Shown piece by piece: positions 30,871 to 41,648 of a DNA stretch of 64,000 nucleotides. The DNA is from Fibrobacterales bacterium (GTDB lineage Bacteria; Fibrobacterota; Fibrobacteria; Fibrobacterales; JAOPTW01). Every line of letters begins with the position of its first letter. Position 1 is the stretch's first letter. Both the position numbers and the translations under genes were made by a program. Where the stretch lies: the NCBI GenBank assembly GCA_051532055.1, contig JAOPTX010000032.1:1-64000 (forward strand). The letters are read 5' to 3'. Under the pieces are notes generated by a model. The model saw only the letters and a list, made by a program, of their open reading frames with translations, did no database searches and was not told the DNA's origin.

Positions 30871-31827
30871 CTAATCGCACTCACTTGCAGTGCTTTGAAG
30901 GCTTTCGTAAAATTCACGATAATTGTCTTTATCTGCACTTTCACGGAGAGCCATAGCTGCGCGAGGATGCTCATTCATAATTCCGGCAACTGCATAAGGG
31001 ATAATATAGCCCCATTCAATCTCTTCACGTAATGGAAGCATTTCATTTGTAATACACTCAAGTATTGGACGAAGATCATATTTTGGGTTTTTAAGAAATC
31101 CAAGGAGAAGCTCTAAATTACAGTTCCCTGCCGCACGACCAATGCCATAAATTGTAGCATCGAGGCAGTTGGCCCCTTCAATAACTGCCTGAATGGTATT
31201 GCCAAAAGCGAGTTGCTGGTTGTTATGACAATGCACTCCAATCTCTTTTGTTTTGATTACTGCTTTAGCTCGTTTTACCAAAGCAGCCATTGACTCTTGA
31301 TTCAAATAACCAAAACTATCCACAATATTTACTACTTGTACTGTTGATTCTTTTTCAAGCTGAGTAAAGGCATCTTCAAGCTCAGGACCCTGATCCTTAG
31401 AAATAGCCATAAGGTTAATTGCAGTCTCATATCCTTTTTCATCAAAGGCAGTTGCCATAGCAATGGCTTTATCTACATCTTTGACATAACACGCAACACG
31501 CATCATATCAACGGGTGATTCTGAAGCTGGTTTTACGTCATCCATATTAACACGGCCAATATCGACCATACAAGAAATTTTCGTATTCGTTTCAACGCCT
31601 GCAATAACTTCAGCAACAACGTCATCATCACAAAACTTCCAAGGGCCAAATTCATCAGGTGAAAAAAGTTCTTTAGAATTCTTATAGCCGATCTCAAAAT
31701 AGTCAACACCTGCATTTGATGATGCACGGAATACTTTTTTAACAAAATCCATGCTAAATTGATGGTTGTTAATAAGGCCACCATCACGAATGGTGCAGTC
31801 AAGTACTTGGATTTCTGGTCTATACAT
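30871..31827 (-). CDS. DRE-TIM (HMGL-like) aldolase-family protein
   Basis: LDCTIRDGG, VDSFG, HCHNNQQLA, GIGRAAGN. Confidence 0.88.
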   Translation of the reverse strand: MYRPEIQVLDCTIRDGGLINNHQFSMDFVKKVFRASSNAGVDYFEIGYKNSKELFSPDEFGPWKFCDDDVVAEVIAGVETNTKISCMVDIGRVNMDDVKPASESPVDMMRVACYVKDVDKAIAMATAFDEKGYETAINLMAISKDQGPELEDAFTQLEKESTVQVVNIVDSFGYLNQESMAALVKRAKAVIKTKEIGVHCHNNQQLAFGNTIQAVIEGANCLDATIYGIGRAAGNCNLELLLGFLKNPKYDLRPILECITNEMLPLREEIEWGYIIPYAVAGIMNEHPRAAMALRESADKDNYREFYESLQSTASECD

Positions 31828-31915
31828 TCTAAAAACCTTTTATTTCTTTAAAAATTGCGCTTCACAAATGTAGGATTATCGGACGCTATTTTCTATCGAT
31901 TCACTGGTAGGAACT

Positions 31916-33025
31916 CTATTTTGGCCCATTTTGTCGCGAAGGCTCAGAAACCATACAGAGTTCTCGCAATACCGAGGTTGCAAATGCGCCTCGCACCAAG
32001 GTGCATTCAATAATTATATGCTCCTGTTCATTTACACGAAACTTGAGATCACTTACTTTCAGGCGAAGTGCACGGCGATCAGCCCGCATATCCTGTTTCA
32101 ACAGTCCCTCCGTAAAGGGAGTATATGATGCAAGTACCTCCTGCTCATACTGGGCAACTGACTCATGTAGATTGCCACTTTCTTCACCAAAAAGTGGACC
32201 TGTAGGGTGTATATCCCAGTTTTTGAGTCGATCATTAATCTCTTGATCAACAACTTCGGTGGTAAACACAGCATTCGATGTCTCGAAAGTACAGCGTTCT
32301 CCCGGTATAATTGAATTCCAACTATTGTCAGCTATTCGTTTTGAAAGAACGGCATTAAAAAGAAGTGAACGCGCTGCTGACAAATAGAGCCCGCGCAACT
32401 TTTTACTGTTACTCCGAAGACTCCCATCAAAGAGTTGCTGTGCCCGTATAATATTAATTCCGCCATTACCAAAGCGTTGTGGACCAAAATAGTTGGGAAC
32501 TCCATCTTGTTCAATACGATTTATGCGCGAAATAAAGTCTTCTATAGCCCCCTGAAAGCCCGTTATTGTAATAGTAAAATGATTGGATGTATGAATTCCT
32601 TTCTTCAGCTTTTTAGTATGGTGGGTAATTGACTCCACAACAACTGAACCCCCAAGAGCTTTTACTGCTTTATTTTCAGTAATAAATTTTTCGAGCTTAT
32701 CTTTTGAAACATTTTTTGTGTATCGAGGCGCATACACACTCATCCACTGAGAAGTAATAGCCCGTTTATCCTTAAGCCCTGAGTAGCCCACATCCATAAT
32801 TTTGACATCAAAATAAGCGGCAAGTGCCTGAGCGACATCTACAGTATTACACTCCCGTTTTGTTATATAGAGACAGTAATGTTCCCCAGTACCTTCAGGG
32901 GAAAATCCTAAGTTTTCTGCTACCTTAAAGTCTTCAGGTCGTGTTCTAATTACTCCTGATGTTTTTGGTTTACTATCAGCGTAGTTCCACTCATCTGAAT
33001 AAATATAATACTGCTCTTCTGACAT
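31916..33025 (-). CDS. truD: tRNA pseudouridine(13) synthase
   Basis: PEDFKV, GLKDKRAITSQW, NHF, PNYFGPQRFG, GAFATSVLRE. Confidence 0.95.
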   Translation of the reverse strand: MSEEQYYIYSDEWNYADSKPKTSGVIRTRPEDFKVAENLGFSPEGTGEHYCLYITKRECNTVDVAQALAAYFDVKIMDVGYSGLKDKRAITSQWMSVYAPRYTKNVSKDKLEKFITENKAVKALGGSVVVESITHHTKKLKKGIHTSNHFTITITGFQGAIEDFISRINRIEQDGVPNYFGPQRFGNGGINIIRAQQLFDGSLRSNSKKLRGLYLSAARSLLFNAVLSKRIADNSWNSIIPGERCTFETSNAVFTTEVVDQEINDRLKNWDIHPTGPLFGEESGNLHESVAQYEQEVLASYTPFTEGLLKQDMRADRRALRLKVSDLKFRVNEQEHIIIECTLVRGAFATSVLRELCMVSEPSRQNGPK

Positions 33026-33162
33026 TGATCAAGCCACCCTTTTCGGTCGATAAGTGCATATTAGAAGAATAAAGCACGGTTTTTCTGACCAATCTTCTAT
33101 TCATATTCACTAAAAAGATAAAAAGTAGTATAATTCTCACAGTGGAACTACTTTGACAGAGA

Positions 33163-34587
33163 ATGAATACTACACGCTTAAAGATTCGATATATCATATC
33201 CCTCTTTCTTTTGGGTTTTGTTGTATTTGTACTGTATAACGAGATTACCCTAGAAAAATTTGCTCAAGATCAGCTCACAAAACATGGAACCATTGTTTCG
33301 AATGCTCTCTGGAATCTTGATAAAAAAAGCCCCCTTCGGTATCTCGAAGAAGCAGCAGTAAACCATAACTATAAAAAATTGATTCTCCGAGATGACCTCC
33401 AACAAGAGTTTATTAAAATTGATAGCGATTCGATCGCCCACAATATAAATTTTTTTAGTACGCTCCTCCCCACCAAACAGCTCATTTCGAATGTCTATTA
33501 TAATAATCGTAAAATTGGTTCTCTAGAGGTGTGGTGGCGCAATGACTCCCTCTTTTTGTATACAAATATACTCCTCATGTCCACCTTCATCATTCTCGCA
33601 CTCTCTCTCTATTTAAAGCTCCTTTATACGAATAGCAACTTAGAGCAGATGGTTGAAGAACGCACATTTGAACTCAAACAAGTAAATGACAACTTGGCAA
33701 ATCATAAAGAGCACCTTGAAGAAATTGTCATGGAGCGTACTAAAGAGCTACTCTCGACTCAACAAGCAGCTATTGACAATGCTCATAGAGCAGGCATGGC
33801 AGACATTGCAAATGGAGTACTCCACAATATTGGCAATATTCTTAACAGCGTTAATACCTCCGCTCATATTATCCATGAACTTTCACAAGATTCATTCCAT
33901 CAAAAATTTGCTGATGCGAACCAAATTTTATCTGAAAACATTGAAACACTTTATGATTTTATTATTCACGATTCCCGTGCAAAAGCGCTCTTCGAATACT
34001 ATTTAGAACTCGGTAAGGTACATGCCCACAATCAAGAAATGCTCCAGAGCCACGTCCTACGGCTTCAAGATAAAATTAAAGCAACTATTGATGTCATAGC
34101 CTCTCAACAAGCGTATGCAGGCAGCGCATCAATGAATGAGCTCATTGATGTCAAAGAGGTGATTCTCGATGGACTCAGTATGGAAAATCAATCATTGGAA
34201 AACAGTGGTGTTACTGTCATTGATAATATGGAGCACCACAAGACCTTAGCAGACAAAACCAAGCTGATACATATTGTTATTAACCTTATCAAAAACGCCG
34301 TTGACGCAATGCTTGACAACCCTGCAACCAACAAAAAACTTACCTTTACCACACTTTATGAAAATGAGACCTTTTATTTAAAGATCAGTGACACAGGGTG
34401 TGGTATCAGTCAAGAGAACCTCAATAATATATTTGCTCATGGGTTCACCACAAAAATAGGCGGGCACGGGTTTGGCCTACATTCATGTGCCAATTATATG
34501 ACTGAGATGAGTGGGAAACTATATGTCGAATCTGATGGTCTGAATCAGGGAGCAACGTTTACCCTCGCGTTTCATCAAAAAACGTAG
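33163..34587 (+). CDS. Membrane sensor histidine kinase
   Basis: Two TM segments, VEERT coiled coil, LHNIGN H-box, GHGFGLH. Confidence 0.9.
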   Translation: MNTTRLKIRYIISLFLLGFVVFVLYNEITLEKFAQDQLTKHGTIVSNALWNLDKKSPLRYLEEAAVNHNYKKLILRDDLQQEFIKIDSDSIAHNINFFSTLLPTKQLISNVYYNNRKIGSLEVWWRNDSLFLYTNILLMSTFIILALSLYLKLLYTNSNLEQMVEERTFELKQVNDNLANHKEHLEEIVMERTKELLSTQQAAIDNAHRAGMADIANGVLHNIGNILNSVNTSAHIIHELSQDSFHQKFADANQILSENIETLYDFIIHDSRAKALFEYYLELGKVHAHNQEMLQSHVLRLQDKIKATIDVIASQQAYAGSASMNELIDVKEVILDGLSMENQSLENSGVTVIDNMEHHKTLADKTKLIHIVINLIKNAVDAMLDNPATNKKLTFTTLYENETFYLKISDTGCGISQENLNNIFAHGFTTKIGGHGFGLHSCANYMTEMSGKLYVESDGLNQGATFTLAFHQKT

Positions 34588-34696
34588 TACATTCCACTTT
34601 ATTTGCTCACCAATTAAATACACATATCAGTATATTTTCCACTCATTTATACCTGAATTTCGGTATACTTAGAATGGACTTTATTTTACAGAACAA

Positions 34697-35224
34697 ATGA
34701 AAATTAGATTTGTACTTCTTCTCCTTATATTGATGGCCCCACTTACTGGCCAGTCAAAGGAGTATATTGTTAAGTCTATTTTTCTTGCAAAATTTTCGAA
34801 GTTCATAGAATGGCCTTCAGATAAAATGAAAAGCGATTCCTTTATCATTGGTATTTACGGTGACAACTCTTATACAGATATTATCGAAAAGGTGTATCAA
34901 TTTAAAAAAATTAAGAATAAAAATGTTGATATCCGATATATTAACGACCCGAGTCAAGTATCATCATGCCACATTCTTGTTCTCAATTCAGTTAAACCAG
35001 AAAGCCTTTCAAAAATTACCTCCATTGCAAATCGTCATAGCGTACTCACCATATTAAATGACACCAACAAATCGTATAACGGTATCATTATTCAGTTTTT
35101 TATTGCAGGCAATAATACTGTTGGGTTTTCAATGAACCGAGAAAGCATGAAAGAAAGCCCACTCGACATCAACTTTATGCTTGTAGAAATTGCAAACTCA
35201 TTAAACATGGAGGCACCAAAATGA
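34697..35224 (+). CDS. YfiR family (DUF4154) periplasmic protein
   Basis: EYIVKSIFLAKFSKFIEWP, F.IGI.GD, CHIL, V.F.MN. Confidence 0.85.
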   Translation: MKIRFVLLLLILMAPLTGQSKEYIVKSIFLAKFSKFIEWPSDKMKSDSFIIGIYGDNSYTDIIEKVYQFKKIKNKNVDIRYINDPSQVSSCHILVLNSVKPESLSKITSIANRHSVLTILNDTNKSYNGIIIQFFIAGNNTVGFSMNRESMKESPLDINFMLVEIANSLNMEAPK

Positions 35225-36846
35225 AAATTTTCGCAAGCCTCTCAATAAAAAGTAAGATCGTACTGATTATAACCATTGTGAGTTTTATTGTAATCTCTAT
35301 TACAACATCAATTATAAGCTATGTCCACATCAGTGATTACAAAGAGAATCTACTCAATCAATCTCAGATCAAAGCAAAGCTTGTTGGCGACTACTCTATC
35401 ACCGCCCTGAGCTTCAACTATCCTAAACGTGCCGAAGAGATACTTGAAAAATTACAGAATGACCCTTCTATTGTACAAGCCGACATCTACAATGTCGACC
35501 TCACCCTTTTTGCATCTTACCCAAGATCTGAAAACAGCCGGCCCCATGAAATCCCCTATACTGAAAGCCACGATGAATTTAAAGGTGACATCCTCAACAC
35601 GTATCAACCAATAGCATTCAAAAATGAAGTCTATGGGTACATTCATTTACAATATGATACGAGTCTGAGCTCTAAGCTTCGTGACCAAGTTACTATGATA
35701 CTGTTACTCTTAGTGGGAGTTATGCTTCTTTCACTCTTTATTGCACGAACCCTACAAAGTATTATTTCAAACCCAATTATCTCTCTTTCAAATACAGCCC
35801 ACCTCATCTCTAACAATCACGACTATAGTATACGTGTCAAAAAAGTGAATAGTGATGAAATAGGAGATCTCTACGACAATTTTAATGCCCTCTTGAGTGA
35901 AACAGAGAACAAAGAGATAGAGCGCAATGATGCTATTGAAGCTCTACAAGAGCACAAAGAGACTCTTGAAGTTAAAGTAAAAGAACGTACCGACACATTG
36001 ATGAATACTCAGAAAGAACTAATTGACAATGCACATAAAGCAGGCATGGCAGATATTGCAAGTGGCGCACTCCACAATGTTGGCAACATTCTCAACAGCA
36101 TTAAGACCTCTGCATCTCTCATAATGGAGTTCCATTCAAACTCTGGGTTCTCCCGTTTTAAACAGGCGAACACACTGCTGAGAGACAATATGGATACCTT
36201 AGAAGATTTTATCATACACAATCCGAAGGGCAAAAAGTTACTCATGTACTATCTTGAACTAGAAAAAATGCAAGAGTCATCAGACGAACAGATTACCAGC
36301 CATATATACCGCCTCATCGACAAGGTCAACTCAAGTGTTGATGTCATTCATGCACAACAAAGTTACGCCAGCGCGACATCACTCACTGAAATGTATAGTG
36401 TGAGTGAAATTATTGAAGATGGTCTCGCTATGGAAAGTAGCTCAATTGATAAACATGGGATTTCTGTTAATAAAAACTACTCCGTTGTTCCCAATGTTCC
36501 TATCCAACGCACAAAACTCATTCACATAATTATTAATCTCATAAACAACGCTAAAGAAGCAATGGAAGAAACCCCTCGGTCAGAAAGATTTTTATCAATT
36601 GAAGTCGTTGATCAAGAAAGCGAAATTGCCATTCATGTTTCCGATTCAGGTCATGGTATATCTATTGAAAATATAAACAATATTTTTTCCCACGGCTTTA
36701 CCACCAAAAAAGAGGGCCATGGCTTTGGCCTTCACTCCTGTGCAAATTACATGACCGAAATGGGAGGACGCATGAGCGTCACTTCTGGCAAAGTTCTTTC
36801 TGGCGCCACCTTCACCCTCACCTTTGTCAAAGAGATCAACACTTAA
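35221..36846 (+). CDS. Sensor histidine kinase with YfiN-like (CHASE8-type) periplasmic domain and HAMP
   Basis: SIKSKI..I, AL.F...AEEIL, DYSIRV..DEIG.LYDNFN, LHNVGN, GHGFGLH. Confidence 0.9.
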   Translation: MKIFASLSIKSKIVLIITIVSFIVISITTSIISYVHISDYKENLLNQSQIKAKLVGDYSITALSFNYPKRAEEILEKLQNDPSIVQADIYNVDLTLFASYPRSENSRPHEIPYTESHDEFKGDILNTYQPIAFKNEVYGYIHLQYDTSLSSKLRDQVTMILLLLVGVMLLSLFIARTLQSIISNPIISLSNTAHLISNNHDYSIRVKKVNSDEIGDLYDNFNALLSETENKEIERNDAIEALQEHKETLEVKVKERTDTLMNTQKELIDNAHKAGMADIASGALHNVGNILNSIKTSASLIMEFHSNSGFSRFKQANTLLRDNMDTLEDFIIHNPKGKKLLMYYLELEKMQESSDEQITSHIYRLIDKVNSSVDVIHAQQSYASATSLTEMYSVSEIIEDGLAMESSSIDKHGISVNKNYSVVPNVPIQRTKLIHIIINLINNAKEAMEETPRSERFLSIEVVDQESEIAIHVSDSGHGISIENINNIFSHGFTTKKEGHGFGLHSCANYMTEMGGRMSVTSGKVLSGATFTLTFVKEINT

Positions 36847-36862
36847 TAAGTGCCATTTTTTC

Positions 36863-39331
36863 CTATCGCTCTTTCTTTCTATTTTCAAACACCGCTGTAC
36901 TCATCAATTGCCCTTCTGAAACACCATATTTTTCTAATACATCAATACGGCTCACTACTTCACTCGGCGCGAGAGCCCCTGTGAGCGCTTCATTATACGC
37001 GTTCACTTTATTTCTCAGTTCTTCTTTTGTCTCATACAATGCTTCGATTCTAAAACTTGAAACCCCCATCTCCTTAAAGCGATCAATAAGTCGACCCGAT
37101 GACTGAGGCACCCCATGATACATTGTATTTCGGCAAGCATAGTCTGGTTTCACCGGATGTACAACCCCTTTATGGTCCTTAAGAGAGGCCTTATGTTTGC
37201 GACATGGCTTACCACACGTTTTTACATCCGTACCTTTTGACATAAAGGCAGCATATGGGCAATGCTCCATATAAAAGGTTGGCATATAATGATGAAGTAT
37301 CAACTCTACCTTTTCACCTAGGGTATAAGTCATCATTTGTGTGAGCTGCTCCATATTAAGGTCATGGCCAGGAGTAAAACGCTCAACACCTTGATCAACA
37401 AACCACTCTGCACTCAATGAATTACAAATATTAAAACTGTAATCCGTTACCACAGGAAATGAATAATTTTTAAAATAATGAAGGGCTGCTAAGTTTCGCG
37501 CCAACACCACATCGGGCTTAAGCCCTGATATTATATCGAGATACTTTGTATCAAAAGGCTTAATTACTCGCAGGGTCGCAATCCCCACTTTAAACCCAAA
37601 AGAACGCACCATTGACATCGCATCTTCATACCGTCGACCATAATCAAAATCGAGATATACAATATCAATGGGTAATCCTTCTAAATATGCAATCTGTTCA
37701 GGGTCTCTAATGAGTACCGACAAAGTTATAGCTTCTGGCTTTTGTTGCGTACACAGCAAAGGGAGCGCTGTAATATTCTCCTCAATAGCAAGAGGTGTTC
37801 TCAATACTCGCACTTCATCGAGCTTTTCTACAATCTCTTTTCTAAGGCCACGCATTTGCTTTTGAGAAATATAGAGTGCACCATCAATGTTGGCCGAGAA
37901 AGAACCAACACGATAGCAGCTTTTTCCCAACTTGCTACTCTCTTCTTCTAAAAACGTTTCGGTTATTGAACGACTCTTAGCCAACTCCGGCACTACTGAG
38001 CTCGTGAAAGACAATGCATAGCCATCGCTTGATGAAACGGCTACAGCGATACCACTCTGTTTTTTAACGGTTAATGAAAGATCTAAAGAGAACGTTTTAA
38101 GCTGTTCTGTTTGGGTAAAGGTCTTCTGGAGCTCTTTCTCCAAATCTGGCGCATCATTTTGATAGACCTTCCAGCCCTTTGCAATTGCCGTTGGTTCGAA
38201 TTCATTATTAAAACTGAGCTGTACCTTTGAGTCACTTCCTTGCTCAACCCCATATATTCGAGCTCCATAACGGTCCCCTTGTTCAAAGTCTAAAAACGAG
38301 ATCCCATCACCAGCTTTTAATGGGAGCCTACAAGACACCTCTACTCTTTTACCAATGATACGAATCACTTCACCAACAAAGGAGCCTTGATGTGAACTAA
38401 TAAAACCGTTTACTAATTCTTGATGATTAACTCCATGGAGCCATCCAGAATAAAAACCCCGAGAAAAAAGCAGTTCCATCTCATGCTTCGCTTGCTCGGG
38501 CACAAGGTTATTGTCCATCACCGCTCTATAATTTGAAGTCGTAGATGCGACATAGGCGGGTGACTTAAGACGGCCTTCAATTTTTAAAGCAGTAATCCCC
38601 ATCTCTTGAAGCTGCGGTATTTCTGCGACCCCACATAGGTCTTGAGGAGATAAAAGATATTTTTTACCATCAAGGTCTCGTGTTTCACCATCAACAATGA
38701 GCTCAAAATCGAGTCGACAGGTTTGCGCACACTGCCCTCTATTAGCAGAACGGCCACCAAACACTTCAGATGTAAGGCACTGCCCTGAATACGCAACGCA
38801 AAGAGCGCCATGTACAAATACTTCGAGTTCAACATTAGTTTTTTTTGAGACGTCTTCTATCTCATCAAGGGTCATCTCTCGTGAAAGAGTAACCCTTTTA
38901 ACTGATAGATCATCGAGGGCATCAATAGCAAGAGCATTTGTAACCGTCATTTGAGTGGAGACATGAATATTCATTTCTGGTGCAATTGCTTTAATCAGTT
39001 TTATAAGACCAATATCTTGCACGATAAACGCATCAGGGCTCAATTGAATCATTGCACTAATAAACTCGGTCAACTCTCGAATTTCATCTTCAAAAACAAC
39101 AACATTAAATGCAAGATTCGCCTCAACACCATAGAGATGACAGAGGTCAATAAGCTCTTTCATATCATTCAGATCAAAATCAATAGTACGACCCCGTGCA
39201 TTAAAGCCAGGCACACCAAAATAGACCTCTGTTGCGCCATTATGTATAGCGGCTAAACACATTTCTCTATTGCCTACAGGGATTAAAAGATGAGATGACA
39301 CAAGTGACTCATAATTGAAGGTATGAGTCAA
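36863..39331 (-). CDS. rlhA: U32-family protein, long form (RlhA-like RNA hydroxylase)
   Basis: EVFVHGALCVAYSGQC..SANRGQCAQTCR, LKIEGRLK; second U32-like domain at the C-terminus. Confidence 0.8.
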   Translation of the reverse strand: MTHTFNYESLVSSHLLIPVGNREMCLAAIHNGATEVYFGVPGFNARGRTIDFDLNDMKELIDLCHLYGVEANLAFNVVVFEDEIRELTEFISAMIQLSPDAFIVQDIGLIKLIKAIAPEMNIHVSTQMTVTNALAIDALDDLSVKRVTLSREMTLDEIEDVSKKTNVELEVFVHGALCVAYSGQCLTSEVFGGRSANRGQCAQTCRLDFELIVDGETRDLDGKKYLLSPQDLCGVAEIPQLQEMGITALKIEGRLKSPAYVASTTSNYRAVMDNNLVPEQAKHEMELLFSRGFYSGWLHGVNHQELVNGFISSHQGSFVGEVIRIIGKRVEVSCRLPLKAGDGISFLDFEQGDRYGARIYGVEQGSDSKVQLSFNNEFEPTAIAKGWKVYQNDAPDLEKELQKTFTQTEQLKTFSLDLSLTVKKQSGIAVAVSSSDGYALSFTSSVVPELAKSRSITETFLEEESSKLGKSCYRVGSFSANIDGALYISQKQMRGLRKEIVEKLDEVRVLRTPLAIEENITALPLLCTQQKPEAITLSVLIRDPEQIAYLEGLPIDIVYLDFDYGRRYEDAMSMVRSFGFKVGIATLRVIKPFDTKYLDIISGLKPDVVLARNLAALHYFKNYSFPVVTDYSFNICNSLSAEWFVDQGVERFTPGHDLNMEQLTQMMTYTLGEKVELILHHYMPTFYMEHCPYAAFMSKGTDVKTCGKPCRKHKASLKDHKGVVHPVKPDYACRNTMYHGVPQSSGRLIDRFKEMGVSSFRIEALYETKEELRNKVNAYNEALTGALAPSEVVSRIDVLEKYGVSEGQLMSTAVFENRKKER

Positions 39332-39383
39332 AAGTAACTTTTTAGTATGGGTGAGTCATCTTTTTGCCAGCATTGTAACAGGT

Positions 39384-39962
39384 TTATAGCGAGAAGTAAA
39401 GCTCCAAAGAAAGAGAGGTCACATCAAGAACCCCAATTGACTCATTCTCAAATGCATAGAGTAAGTAGGATTGGAGCGTCCCTGCGCTCACTGAAAACCC
39501 CAACTCATCCACGACGCCAACCCCCTCCATAAGGAGTACCGACAGCCCTGTATAGTAGCCAATACGAATACCCGATGGCCAATAATAGGATCTAAACCGG
39601 TCGTTTACAATAACATCATATTGGGGCGACACAATTGTATTCACCGCAACATGGGGTACAATACCGATGGAGCTTCCTAATACAGACCCAACATTAATGG
39701 TTACTGGTTCAAATCGCCCTTTTATTGCAACACTATGCACCGACACTCCCCCCAAAGCTTTGGGCGTGTACCCGTAAGAGATAGATCCATAGAGATGGTT
39801 CGTAAAATAGCCATAGCCAACACCTACCGACACCACCCCCTGATGCCCTGCATATTGTACTAAATAACGATCCGGCGCATACCATGTGTCGTTTGTACCA
39901 ACAGAACCCTCAGACGCCATTACGACACCAACGCATACAAAGACAAGTATGACCCACTTCAT
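39384..39962 (-). CDS. Outer-membrane protein, hypothetical
   Basis: Signal peptide; WY.PD...QYAG..G.VSVG.GY; YGYTP. Confidence 0.65.
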   Translation of the reverse strand: MKWVILVFVCVGVVMASEGSVGTNDTWYAPDRYLVQYAGHQGVVSVGVGYGYFTNHLYGSISYGYTPKALGGVSVHSVAIKGRFEPVTINVGSVLGSSIGIVPHVAVNTIVSPQYDVIVNDRFRSYYWPSGIRIGYYTGLSVLLMEGVGVVDELGFSVSAGTLQSYLLYAFENESIGVLDVTSLSLELYFSL

Positions 39963-40780
39963 CAGAACCCCAGCTCTTGATAGGTGTAGGCACTATCGTT
40001 AAAATTAAGTAGAAGCACAGAATGGCCCGTTACATCGTCTGCTACAAGATATTGAGTCGAACTTTCTGGATAAAAAGCATGATTATTAAAGGAGTGTGTA
40101 TGCCCATGCACCGAGAGCATGACGTCTTTTTCATCTAAAAGTGCAACATACTTAATTTCATCATCGGAAGTAAACTGATCCTTCCACGGTGGCACATGCG
40201 AAAAGAGTACCTGTCCCTTACACTCAACCCCACAAAGGGTAGGATCAGAAAGAGACTGTTCAAGCCATGGAAAATTAGGCGCATCATCAAAATGCCACCC
40301 ATTGGTGTTAGCAAATACAAAGTGATAGCCCCCATAGGTAAAGGAGTAATCAAGTGCACCGAAAGAGTACTCATAGACCGCAATCCCCTCTGCAACACTT
40401 TCATGATTCCCAATAGTAGTGACATAAGGAACAGTAAGCTTATCTATTGCATCAAAAAAGAACTCATACTCTTTGAGGAGTCCAAACTTTGTAAAATCAC
40501 CCGGTACCACTACAAAGTCTACCCCCTGAAGCGAATTAACGAATGAGACCATCTTATGTAAATCATCAATGAATTGATGAGAATCTGTTATCACTGCAAC
40601 CGTGACTCCTTCCCCTTTAGGAGTCGTAGAAATTATTTTTCCTACTTCTCGCTGAGTGAGGTTGTGCATAGCTCTGTTCGAACTTTCAACCGTATAGGGA
40701 GTATATTCAAACATTTCACAATTCACAAGTAACAGTACAGCTAACCCAATAGTAAAGTACCTTTTGAATGTATTCATCAT
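39962..40780 (-). CDS. Calcineurin-like metallophosphoesterase lipoprotein
   Basis: Lipobox LVNC; DSH, GDFT, GNH, HVPP, HGHTH. Confidence 0.9.
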   Translation of the reverse strand: MMNTFKRYFTIGLAVLLLVNCEMFEYTPYTVESSNRAMHNLTQREVGKIISTTPKGEGVTVAVITDSHQFIDDLHKMVSFVNSLQGVDFVVVPGDFTKFGLLKEYEFFFDAIDKLTVPYVTTIGNHESVAEGIAVYEYSFGALDYSFTYGGYHFVFANTNGWHFDDAPNFPWLEQSLSDPTLCGVECKGQVLFSHVPPWKDQFTSDDEIKYVALLDEKDVMLSVHGHTHSFNNHAFYPESSTQYLVADDVTGHSVLLLNFNDSAYTYQELGF

Positions 40781-40786
40781 CGACTC

Positions 40787-41362
40787 CTAAAAGGTATATC
40801 CCACATTAAATTCAGTCCATCTAAAGGTCTTATAATCATTAAGCAACAACCCATTACTTTCAAGACGAAGCTCTATGTTCTTATATTGTATCCCGGAACC
40901 AAGACGCATGTTCATGTGGAGATCTTGAGATGCATAGCGATCATCTCGGGTAAGACGTGTATGACTTACTACTGAAAGACCGGCACCTGCAATACCACTC
41001 ACTGCTAGAGATTGAGTCACCTGGTAGAAGGGCTTAACCTGAGGTGTCACTTTATATATATTTGCAATGGTTGTTGTACCCGAGCGTTCTTCCGATATCG
41101 TTGAAAATCCAACCTGCCCACCAACCGCAATACTTTTTGAGAATGAACGGTACCGATCAAAATTGACATTCTGACCCGTGGACACCCCTTTACTAAAGCC
41201 AAGTGGTGAACGCTCCCCCTCCATCATCGCATCCTCCCCCTTTAGGTCAAAAGGAACTACTCGTGTAATCCCAATAGAGATTGATGAACCGACAGGAGAT
41301 GCCGCCACAAATAATGGAAGTGCCACAAAAATTATTAGTGCTATTTTTATAAATCGTATCAT
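40787..41362 (-). CDS. Outer-membrane beta-barrel protein
   Basis: Signal peptide, amphipathic strands, C-terminal VGYTF. Confidence 0.65.
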   Translation of the reverse strand: MIRFIKIALIIFVALPLFVAASPVGSSISIGITRVVPFDLKGEDAMMEGERSPLGFSKGVSTGQNVNFDRYRSFSKSIAVGGQVGFSTISEERSGTTTIANIYKVTPQVKPFYQVTQSLAVSGIAGAGLSVVSHTRLTRDDRYASQDLHMNMRLGSGIQYKNIELRLESNGLLLNDYKTFRWTEFNVGYTF

Positions 41363-41585
41363 ACTTAGTTTCCCCAAAAGTTTTAGTCACCCCTATAACA
41401 CATGAGATGAAAAAATGTGTCACCCTTTTATCACAATGACTCTTTGAGTGTAACTTACGAAAAAGGCAACCATTAGACAATGCTAATATTGTATCATTGT
41501 GTAACAAAGTGTATCAGGGCACGATTATCAATTCACCTCTCAATAACTGAATGCGTGGCAAGTGGCAGTACCGTTGGGATACAAC

Positions 41586-41618
41586 AAAAAACGGTTCACC
41601 TCTTACAAAGATGAACCG
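41586..41618 (-). terminator. Intrinsic terminator of the ldhA-permease operon
   Basis: CGGTTCA..TGAACCG stem with U-tract on the minus strand. Confidence 0.7.
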
Positions 41619-41648
41619 CTTGTGTAAAACTATTTTTACAAAGGCTTT

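Noticed and set aside
36863..39331. U32 protein as a collagenase-like protease
   Set aside because: The Cys pattern fits the Fe-S RNA hydroxylase (RlhA-type) family, and the long form is known
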